DNA from: an uncultured Verrucomicrobiae bacterium
Lineage (GTDB): Bacteria > Verrucomicrobiota > Verrucomicrobiia > Chthoniobacterales > Terrimicrobiaceae
Reading direction: 5' to 3'
Assembly (NCBI GenBank): GCA_963706955.1
Contig: CAVPOC010000008.1
Coordinates: 352,001-416,000, forward strand
Length of the DNA: 64,000 nucleotides
Position numbers and translations under genes: made by a program. Below are positions 1 to 8,671 of this stretch, piece after piece. The notes below the pieces were generated by a model. The model saw nothing but the letters and a program-made list of their open reading frames with translations, did no database searches and was not told the origin of the DNA. Every line of letters begins with the position of its first letter. Position 1 is the stretch's first letter.

Positions 1-364
1 CGCTGAGCAAGCTGCATTGCCATGACATAGAAAGCTCGTGAGGCAAACGCGAGTAGCTCGTTTGGGAGCGGCAAGACGACCCCTGCAGGCGTTCTTCCAG
101 ATACGTGGCCAGCCATCTGCCGCAGATTTCTTACAGTTCTTCCTGGGTCCAACAGAGGCGTCCGCGCGGACTTTGATCTTTGTTCATCATGGAGTGAACT
201 GTAATGCGACGCGCGCACCGTTCTACGGACGGAGCAACGCGGAGCAAACGCCTCCGAAAATCCAGAGATCGTGACGGTTCCTTCTGCCTGCCCTATCTTT
301 CCTTTCCTGATTTTCAATACGTCAATTCGAACGCGGTTTTCGCCGAAATCGAATACAAGGTTTG

Positions 365-942
365 ACGTGGCCCGCCTGGCGCAACGGGGGGGTCGGCCGA
401 CCGGCATCGACAACTCGCCGAGCAACTCAGCACGGCGCGCTCGCTCCAGGACGAGCACGACCACCACTTCCCGCTCATCCACGGCAATGCCGAGGCGACC
501 GGTCTGCCCGATGCAAGCTTCGACCTCGCCGCCAGCGAGTACGGGGCATCCATCTGGGCTGATCCCGTATCGCTGGATTCCCAAGGCCGCCCGTCTTTTG
601 CGCCCCGGCGGCGAGCTGGTCTTCCTGACGAACGGCACCCTCCGGCTTCTCACCGTCCCGGATACCGAGGAGGAGGGCCCGGCGACGGAGCGCCTCCTGC
701 GGTTCTATCTCGGCATGCTTCGCTTCGAGTGGTCGGACGATCCGGGAGTCGAGTTCCACCTCGGCTTCGGCGATTGGGTCCGCCTGCTGCGGGCTAACGG
801 ATTCGAGGTGATCGACGTCATCGAGGTGCAGGCGCCGGTAGGGGCGACCGCCAGTGCCCACACCCTCGTCGATCCGGAATGGGCGCGAAAGTGGCCTGCA
901 GAGCAGATCTGGAAGGTCCGCAAGGGCAGCAGCGTCGGCTAG
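365..942 (+). pseudogene. 5'-truncated, frameshifted class I SAM-dependent methyltransferase
   Basis: Joining frames gives LAQRGGRPTGIDNSP / EQLSTARSLQ...LIHGNAEATGLPDASFDLAASEYGASIWADP / YRWIPKAARLLRPGGELVF. These are methyltransferase post-I, II and III motifs. Motif I (GxGxG) and the start codon are missing. Confidence 0.75.
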
Positions 943-1048
943 GATCGCATCGTCGCGGTATCCGCCATCCTGATCATGTCGGATCGGTGCCCTACACCAA
1001 TAAAATCCTCATATACTCCAAAGTCGAAGGTCACTGCAGCCGCGCCGC

Positions 1049-1122
1049 ATGCCATCCAAGAAATGGCGCGAGTTGATCAAGAAGGTATGGGAGGCCGACG
1101 CGCTCCGGTGTCCGAAGGGCTC
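1049..1122 (+). mobile_element. Short remnant resembling the C-terminal WxxLIxKVxExDxLxCPxC segment of IS91-type (Y2) transposases
   Basis: Translation MPSKKWRELIKKVWEADALRCPKG. The rest of the transposase is absent. Confidence 0.45.
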
Positions 1123-1201
1123 ACCGAAAAATGCGTATCGTTTCGTTCATCGACGGCTTCGCTCTTGCATCTCCTCACCTAATCACGGGATACTAACGAG
1201 T

Positions 1202-1321
1202 ATGGGTGATTCGAATCCAAAAAATATTCAGAAGAAAAAAACTCAGCAAAACGCAAAGAAAGTCAGCAGCCAGAAAAAACCAGTAGCGCCGTCCGCTCCT
1301 GCTTCTGGGAAGAGAAAATAG
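1202..1321 (+). CDS. Small Lys/Gln-rich protein (39 aa, MGDSNPKNIQKKKTQQNAKK...)
   Basis: ATG at 1202 to TAG at 1321. Its N-terminus resembles the small ORF at 4755-4934. Confidence 0.5.
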   Translation: MGDSNPKNIQKKKTQQNAKKVSSQKKPVAPSAPASGKRK

Positions 1322-1405
1322 CTGCAAGCACTGCCGTCATCGAGGGAGGTGGGAAATCGGGAGCAGCAGAGGGCGTTGCGTTGCTCTCGGGGTCGGTACG
1401 CAGGA

Positions 1406-2308
1406 TCAGCTGAGACGAATATTTGAAGACCCATCGAGCCGTTTGGACAAATCCACAGGATCACCGATCCCGACCTCCTTTGGGTTTACCTGATAGGTCC
1501 ACACCTCGAAATACGACAGACGAGCCTCTCCGTAAATTGTGGCAAATGCTCCGTCTACAGCATCGAGGCCATGTGAGAGTTTGATGCGTCCGGTACGCGG
1601 AGCATTAAAGCGAGCATCAAACGTAAACCACCGTCCCCCTAAATAGACCTCACAATAGGCATGGAAGTCCTCTGGGTGACTTGAGACGAGAAAGCCAATC
1701 TCTGGAAGGTGACCCGACACATAGCGGGCAGGCAGGTTGAACGTCCGGCAAAGAGCCACCACCACGTGGGCGAAATCACGACACACTCCGTAGCGTTGTT
1801 GAATCACCTCTGATGCGGAGAGATCCGGCCGCCCTGAACCGTAGCGATATTCGATGTTGTTGTGAACCCAGTCACAAATGGCTTGCACCCGTTCATGCCC
1901 ATTGGCGAACCGGCCGAAGTGCTTCCATGCGAAATCGAACAGTTTATCGGAATCACAATAGCGGCTGGGCAGAGTGTAGCGTAGCAGCTCTGCCGGAAGG
2001 TCGTAAACTGGGACTGGGAGTACGCCTGGCGCCCCTTGATTTTCAGGTGTCGAGGATACAGCGACCAAAGCATCGTAGCGGATGTCATTGCGGCCGGACT
2101 TGAGCATCGAGCGGCAGGGGAAATTGCCGTGAGTATCCTGGAACTCATTCGAGGGAAGATCAGGTTCAAATGATCGCTTCTCAATAGTGACAAGATGTGC
2201 GTCGTCGAGACGTGGCCTAAGCATGAACACCACCGGAGTCGGTGCGGTCGCTTCGTACGTCAAGTGGCATCCCACACGGATGGTAAGATCAAGGAATGTG
2301 GATATCAT
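1406..2308 (-). CDS. Transglutaminase-like family protein
   Basis: YTLPSRYCDSD motif and a Cys-His-Asp triad in GVCRDFAH / DFHAYCEV / TFDA. Confidence 0.9.
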   Translation of the reverse strand: MISTFLDLTIRVGCHLTYEATAPTPVVFMLRPRLDDAHLVTIEKRSFEPDLPSNEFQDTHGNFPCRSMLKSGRNDIRYDALVAVSSTPENQGAPGVLPVPVYDLPAELLRYTLPSRYCDSDKLFDFAWKHFGRFANGHERVQAICDWVHNNIEYRYGSGRPDLSASEVIQQRYGVCRDFAHVVVALCRTFNLPARYVSGHLPEIGFLVSSHPEDFHAYCEVYLGGRWFTFDARFNAPRTGRIKLSHGLDAVDGAFATIYGEARLSYFEVWTYQVNPKEVGIGDPVDLSKRLDGSSNIRLS

Positions 2309-3768
2309 GCCCCTCTATAGCGCAAAAGGCGAAATGTGGTTCTCAAAGCGAGTGTAGCCCGCCAAGGTTGATCCCTGCGGGATGCGATTTTCCCTGTTCG
2401 ACGCATCAACAATAGGCTTCTCAAACTGAAATCATGGATAATCGTGTCGAATCGTTCATCGAACAGCCTTAAGAATCTGCGCGCCTTGTGCCCTGGGGAA
2501 GAATGGTGAATGTTGGAGTATCCTGAGAGCGGATCTCGAAATGAAGGACATGTTATCCTGCAGACTGGTTGAGATCGACAAGGCACAGGCTCCGGCTGGG
2601 TTAGCAGCGAGCTACATGTCCACGGTCAAATTCCACAATCACAGTCACCTGGATCGACTCTAACATTCCTAAGGTGAGAAAGCTCGCAAGGATTGCCGAT
2701 GATAGGCAGATTGTATTTTCAATTGCAACGACACGGACTCTTGGAAAATGAATAGGTATCACCTGCTCTTCAAGAGTGGCTTTCCCCGGTCTCTTTTTGG
2801 CGATTCATTGCAAATAGTGTCGCTGTTGCTCGTAACAGAATTGTAATGGATGCTCCGTTTGTTCCCCCGGAGAAGATCCGGAAGGAGACACAAATGAGTC
2901 GTAACGTCATTCGCGCAACAGGCGCTCTTACTCTGGGAGGCAGCCACCAATAGGTTAACTGTTGTTCCACCGCGTTTCGCTGGCGACAAACAAGGACGCC
3001 CTGAAACCGTATGCATAGCAAGCTTGCGAGCAGTAGCACGAACGGCCTACCGTGGAGCGCCTCTAACAAGGGCAATCAAAAGATAGAGCCTGCACCAACC
3101 GGACCGCGCCTAGGTAAGATATGCTCGCTTTTGCGCAATATAAATGGAATTGAATAAGAACGGAAGTGTGATGAAACGCCAGTCATCGACTGAGCACGAC
3201 AATGCGATTGGATGCGCTCTATTATGGGCCGCTGTGATGAGGCTCGACAGACGAATAGCGATGAAAATTCTCAGCGTCGCGATTCGCGAACGTAACCGCA
3301 AGACACAACTCCAATGAAATACCATTGGACCGACGGCTCCGAATTTCGAATGTCTAAATTCCTGCAAATCAAGCTGCACTTAGCCTGCGCGATCAGAGGA
3401 GCCCCTATCGGATTTCATATTGTGGGAATGCTCCGAACCATATTTGCCTCCTGTTGAGAGGAAGTTGGCCGACTGCCAAAAACAACCAGATACGGCTGCC
3501 CACTGGCGTTTTATCGAATACCAGGACAGCGACGAGTTCGCCCTTTGCCGAACGATTCTCCTACGTTGCTCTCGTGTGCTGGGCCCTGTTCGAGGGATTT
3601 TTGCGGTCGTGGCCAGCAATTTTTGGATTAGAGTTTAGGCCGCTAGGAAACAAAAGGGGATGGAAAGCGCCGAGGGTGATCCGGCCGACTCGCTCCTTTG
3701 TGCGTGGGTGGGCGTCGTTGCCCGGCAACCCGACCCTTGAAGGCGTCCCTACGTTGTAAGATACTAAA

Positions 3769-4263
3769 ATGTCTGCAATGAAAATCGGTAGAGTTCTGGA
3801 AGTTCTTGAGCGGGAATTGGCTATTTTTGAGAAGAATCAACAGGAGCAGCGACCAGAGGAGACGTCCGCCGATCAAGCTACTCTCGAGAAATACACTGAG
3901 CTTTGGGAGCGGCTGAGATCCGACATGGAAAAAGTCGCAGATTTTATGAATAGAAGAGGCTATTCCGTAACCGTAGGAAATTCTGATGACCAGGGATTCG
4001 GGGTCAGCTCTGGGCCAATGATGCTGTTCCTTGGTGTTGGCAACGATGTTATTGCCGGCCTCGAGTTCCACTTCAGCGTAAGCGACAAAACGATCATCAG
4101 CACGTATTACGGTAGGGGCGGGAAGGATTTCGGGAAGACGGCAAGCATCTTTCTAGTTTCATTAGACTACGAAAGGGACATTGTTCCCACTCTTGCGAAC
4201 TTTATTCCGTTTGCTCTGGGAATGGGAGAAATTGTGTGGCGCAACGACCCTCCGCTGCAGTAA
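3769..4263 (+). CDS. Hypothetical protein (164 aa)
   Basis: Clean ATG ORF with protein-like composition (N-terminal helical/acidic part, beta-rich C-terminal part). No recognisable motif. Confidence 0.6.
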   Translation: MSAMKIGRVLEVLERELAIFEKNQQEQRPEETSADQATLEKYTELWERLRSDMEKVADFMNRRGYSVTVGNSDDQGFGVSSGPMMLFLGVGNDVIAGLEFHFSVSDKTIISTYYGRGGKDFGKTASIFLVSLDYERDIVPTLANFIPFALGMGEIVWRNDPPLQ

Positions 4264-4754
4264 GGGACCACTTTTATCAAGATAGTCTTTGCTACGCCGC
4301 TTTCACAACACTGGGATCTTTGAACTTGATAAAGAGATCTCTGCATTGGCGCGCGATGATGAAGATGAAGGCCCCGTGGGACTGGATCGGCGACTTGAAA
4401 TGGTCGGCAGGGCTTTTCAAGTGCCGCACTTCTTCCCTCTTCTCAAGAAAGTTCTCAACTTGGTCGCGGTTTCCGAAATGGTGAAATTTCCCCGAGCCAT
4501 CGGGCGTTTCATAAACCAAGAAGCAGCCGTAGTCAGCGACCCACAATGTCAGTGGACGGCGATCTTCGCAGAGAACAGCTTTGTTGCCCAATTCACTTTC
4601 TCTGATCTCGTCGGGGCATACTGAAACGCCCGGTTCCTCTCTAGGTTTCTACAAGATTTTCTACAAGTCACCTCAACGAGCGCACATCGGTCAACCGGCC
4701 GAGAGGAACGCCAGCGGTCACTTGTTAATGATTGTATCGGCCGTAGAGTGCTAG

Positions 4755-4934
4755 ATGGGCGACAAGACAGAGAAGGAAAAGCACAAAAAAGACCTCCAGC
4801 ATGACGCGAAACGCTTGGCTGCCGACCATGACAAGCAGAAAACCACAGAGGCACAGCATCACCCCATATCGGGCCATCCTGCCACCGCTGAACACCCAGC
4901 CTCTTCCGGGACTATCGAAGTGAAGTCAAAGTAG
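4755..4934 (+). CDS. Small charged His/Lys-rich protein (59 aa, MGDKTEKEKHKKDLQHDAKR...)
   Basis: Hand-translated from ATG 4755 to TAG 4934, below the ORF-track cutoff. Same MGD-x-x-K start pattern as 1202-1321. Confidence 0.5.
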   Translation: MGDKTEKEKHKKDLQHDAKRLAADHDKQKTTEAQHHPISGHPATAEHPASSGTIEVKSK

Positions 4935-5601
4935 GAGTTCTCGCCAAGTGGTGGGAGCCCCCATTGCTTGTCAAGTTTTCGAAGCGAGGCCAAACCCGCT
5001 GCCATCGCCGAAGGGGAGTTGTGCCAAAAAATCCATGTTTCGACCTGTTCCCGCGCTTACTCCGCAGCAAGGAGAGCATCAAGAAGTTGAGGCGTCAAAG
5101 CCGCCCGGGCTGCGTCCGTAAAAGCATGTGCGCGCCTCAGATGCCGAGTGAACGCTCGGCGCGATGTCGGGTGTGGCTAGTATCTACTCCCGACAAGCAC
5201 GGTGTCATTTTACAGAGTTGGCGCTCTTTTGTAATAACCGCTCTTATCGTGTGCGCTTAGCATAACCTCCGGAAGCCCTGGGGCAGAATCATGGGCTCTT
5301 CCCCAAAATCGCTTCCGACGCTTATAATATTGTCATTTCGAGGCGCTTGTCGGAAGGAAACGCGCCCGCTGAGGAAAGTCGCGTCAGGAGCGAGCCACGG
5401 GCAGCCAAATAACGGATTCCATCCACGACACGCAGCACCAAGGACTAGCGTCTATACCCAAGTCTATACCGGCGTGGAAAATTCGGGCCTTTTAGGTCCT
5501 CATGCGTCGTAAGCGGTCACAGTCTGAAACCGCATTAGCTAAACGGATTTGTCCCCCTCTGTCCACATGGGACCTTTTGCGTCCCCAACCGCCCAAACTT
5601 T

Positions 5602-5639
5602 TTGCGAACGAGACGCTCTACCAACTGAGCTATACCCCC
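5602..5639 (-). tRNA. tRNA-Ala(CGC) 5' half only (38 nt, ends at the anticodon loop); probable att-site fragment
   Basis: Minus strand reads GGGGGTA TA GCTC AGTTGGTA GAGC G TCTCG TT CGC AA, i.e. acceptor 5' strand, D arm, anticodon 5' stem and loop. Unrelated sequence follows, with no 3' stem or T arm. Confidence 0.85.
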
Positions 5640-5762
5640 GAGTTTCTGAAATCAAAATACTCATAAGATCGAAAGAGCTTCTCGAACAAAGACTTGTAAC
5701 CCAAAGCTTAAACACAAGTCCGGCCAGCGTCAGCAAAGGAAAGTTTAGATGCGTTCAAGTCC

Positions 5763-5895
5763 ATGTTTCGAGAGGGTAGGGATTGCTTTATCGCGATCCC
5801 TCGATCGGTAACTACTATGCCTTGGTCAAAGTCGGGGCAGGTAGTTTAAGCGCAGCCTCGGCACAGACAATCTGCCCACTGCGCGGCGCAAGTGG
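5763..5895 (+). pseudogene. N-terminal remnant of a tyrosine integrase
   Basis: Joined frames give ...LYRDPSIGNYYALVKVG / GR*FKRSLGTDNLPTARRK, resembling an integrase N-terminal (arm-binding) segment. It lies next to the tRNA fragment and is truncated. Confidence 0.55.
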
Positions 5896-5943
5896 AAGGA
5901 CGCCGAAACGTCTCGCACAGGCGCACGCCTGTGCGCACCGCGA

Positions 5944-6948
5944 TCACAGCGGTCGGAAGCCCGCCGTGAGGACCGCCACGGCTTCCTCTTGCGCCACCGG
6001 TGTTCGCGCATGCACGACGCTCCCGCCATAAAATAGCAGCATCTCCCCCGGCTGGAGATCGACTCGCTCTGTACGTCCGTCAGCGAGGAAGTGCAAATGA
6101 TGCGATTGAGGCGCATGGCGATAGTCGTGTCTAACCATAAATAGCGCGGTCAAAGCATATGAGCTCGCATCAACATGGGGGTATACGCCGTGACCAGGCG
6201 AGTCATAGAAAACGTACGCTGCCCTTGCTGTCGACTCGCAGCTGCCGGCATGGCTCTCGACCAGGTCGATCAGCGGCTGTGAGATAGCGAGCTTTTTCGC
6301 AACTGGTCCCGCGCGTGCGAGGGCCCGCCATTTCAGTTGAATCGCGCGTCCTCGCGCTTCGGCTGCGTCGGCTTGCAGGTCGTCCAGCCAGTCCTTTGTG
6401 AGGAATGCTGGCCGTCCGCGCCAAACCGTTCCGTCTGACGGAATTCGCTCGTGGTGGGGCTGAAGCAATCGGAGAGTCTCCATCACAATTGGAAACGCCT
6501 GAGGAGCAGAAGCGTTCGATGCTCTCTCCAAACCGCGAGCAAGGCTGGAAGCGGCCGTGCCCAGAAGTATTTTCACGCCTTCGCGTTCGGCCTCGTTTGT
6601 GGCAATCGTCGCTAGCTTTTGGACAAGCGGACGCGCCGTCATCTCCGAGGCTGCGCCCGACGTGCTGGGGATTCCTCCCGTCGCCTGATCGAGACCCAGC
6701 CGGCTCGGGAGCTGCGCAATCGCTCCAAGGAGTAGCCGCGTCAGCCCGTCCCGTTGGGGCTGGTTATTCTCTGTCAGCTCAGGCGGGAGCTCAGGCGCGT
6801 CGGACAACACCGTGTCCTCGGCGGCTGCACGAACGATCGCTTCGAATACGGTAGCCTCTAGCGGCGGCAACCGCGCATAAAGTTCCGCAAGCTTCAGACA
6901 GAGGTCGGGCCAAGCTTCTTCCAAATCACGGGAGTCAATTTCGTGCAT
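5944..6948 (-). CDS. Protein with C-terminal 2OG-Fe(II) oxygenase-like domain
   Basis: HxD...H facial triad (VYPHVD ... VVHARTPV) and a DSBH-type DLQPGEMLLF strand. Start taken at MHEIDS. Confidence 0.65.
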   Translation of the reverse strand: MHEIDSRDLEEAWPDLCLKLAELYARLPPLEATVFEAIVRAAAEDTVLSDAPELPPELTENNQPQRDGLTRLLLGAIAQLPSRLGLDQATGGIPSTSGAASEMTARPLVQKLATIATNEAEREGVKILLGTAASSLARGLERASNASAPQAFPIVMETLRLLQPHHERIPSDGTVWRGRPAFLTKDWLDDLQADAAEARGRAIQLKWRALARAGPVAKKLAISQPLIDLVESHAGSCESTARAAYVFYDSPGHGVYPHVDASSYALTALFMVRHDYRHAPQSHHLHFLADGRTERVDLQPGEMLLFYGGSVVHARTPVAQEEAVAVLTAGFRPL

Positions 6949-7477
6949 TAAACTCTCGTTGTTCGCAGCAAAAACCTGCGGGGCGGGGGTTAAATTGAGC
7001 CAACATGGGACGAATCTAACAAGTCTGGAAAATAGTCGAATAGAACGCGGAGCGAAAGTCAACACGCACATCCGCCATCTTGCAGTGTGGAAAAAATCTG
7101 GAGGGCCAAGGAAGACCCCTCCAGCTCAGCACCGAGGACGCTGAACAGCGCTATCATGTTTCGCTGAAGCACCGTGTCCACGATATCCTCGCAGAGTGTT
7201 TCTGTGCCAGGTCCACGCGAGACGGGCATTTCGGAGAATGTTTATTACCATTGCAATCGAACACCGGGGCAAATCTTCTTCACTGAGTTCGGCGAGTCAG
7301 CTAGGTAAAGCGGCTTAAAAGATGCCCACCGCATTCTGTTATCTTCGATGCCATGGCGTGTGCGAGAGCGACACCCGCTATTTTGTGTCGTCAAGGGAGG
7401 CTGTTAAGCTCATGCCGAAGACTTCACTTCCATGCCTGAACAGTTGCGAGGGAATCACTTGATAGATAGGGTCCCCC

Positions 7478-8671
7478 GTGGAACCGCCTTCAAACAACTC
7501 GGTTATTCTGATCGTTGATGATACCCCGGAGAATGTTGACGTGCTGGCAGGGGTCTTGCGCGAGCATTATCAGATCAAGGTCGCCTTGAACGGGTCCAAG
7601 GCGCTCAAGATCGCGCAGAGTGATCCTGCTCCGGCCTTGATTCTTCTGGACGTCATGATGCCGGAAATGGATGGCTATCAAGTATGCTTACAGCTCCAGG
7701 CTGATGAGCGGACCCGGCGCATCCCGGTGATCTTTGTTACCGCCAAATCCGAGGTTGAAGACGAAGCGCAGGGCTTCGGTCTTGGAGCCGTAGACTATAT
7801 CACCAAACCCGTAAATCCCGCCATCGTTCTCGCCCGCGTTCGCACCCATCTCGCCCTAAAACACTCGCTCCAAAAACTGGAGGATCTCTCCTCGAAACTG
7901 GCGCGCTATCTCCCACAGCAAGTTTATCAGTCCATTTTCGAGGGTCGACAAGACGCGCGGATCGGCTGTAGCCGCAAGAAACTGACCATCTTTTTTTCCG
8001 ATATCGTTGGCTTCGTCAATGAGACTGAGGGCATTGAGCCGGAGGACTTCACATTCATTCTTAATGGTTATCTCAATCGAATGGCCCAGGTCGTGTCGAA
8101 GCATGGCGGCACTCTGGACAAGTTTATCGGAGACGCTGTGCTGGTTTTCTTCGGCGATCCGGAAACCAACGGAGTTGCGGAAGATGCCGCCGCTTGTGTT
8201 TGGATGGCATTGGAGATGAAGGAAGCTATCGTCGAACTGAATCGTGAGTGGCTGGCTAAAGGCATCAGACAAGGTTTCGAAGTTCGCATGGGGATTTCTA
8301 CTGGCTTTGCGACCGTCGGCAACTTCGGGAGCGACGAGCGTATGGAATACACAATCATTGGAAAGCAGGTGAACCTTGCCAACCGGCTGCAAGCTGCGGC
8401 GCAGCCAGGGGAAATCCTGATCGGTGAGGAGACTTGGCTGTTAGTCAGAGACGTTTTCCGTTGTGTCGCCAAGAAACCAGTTCACGCTAAAGGCTTCGAA
8501 CGCCCGATCCAGACCTATGCTGTAACGGGTCCCGAGCTCTCCGAAGACCCAGCAGTCATCGAAGAGGCTCGCCCCGGATTCCGATTAACGCTTGATCCCG
8601 CCCAGGTTGAGCCCTCAGAGCGGTTAGCTGTCGTGGAGAAACTCCGCGCGGCTATCGCCCGCCTCGACTAA
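7478..8671 (+). CDS. Response regulator receiver + class III adenylate/guanylate cyclase
   Basis: REC motifs (LIVDD, LLDVMMP, FVTA, KP) followed by FSDIVGF, DKFIGDAV and EYTIIGKQVNLANRL. Confidence 0.93.
   Translation: MEPPSNNSVILIVDDTPENVDVLAGVLREHYQIKVALNGSKALKIAQSDPAPALILLDVMMPEMDGYQVCLQLQADERTRRIPVIFVTAKSEVEDEAQGFGLGAVDYITKPVNPAIVLARVRTHLALKHSLQKLEDLSSKLARYLPQQVYQSIFEGRQDARIGCSRKKLTIFFSDIVGFVNETEGIEPEDFTFILNGYLNRMAQVVSKHGGTLDKFIGDAVLVFFGDPETNGVAEDAAACVWMALEMKEAIVELNREWLAKGIRQGFEVRMGISTGFATVGNFGSDERMEYTIIGKQVNLANRLQAAAQPGEILIGEETWLLVRDVFRCVAKKPVHAKGFERPIQTYAVTGPELSEDPAVIEEARPGFRLTLDPAQVEPSERLAVVEKLRAAIARLD

Noticed and set aside
3055..3115. Possible integron attC site (ctctaac...)
   Set aside because: No matching GTTRRRY end or paired L boxes, and no integron integrase in the window.
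2330..3640. Short ORFs in the low-coding stretch
   Set aside because: No recognisable motifs and conflicting overlapping frames; probably decayed DNA.
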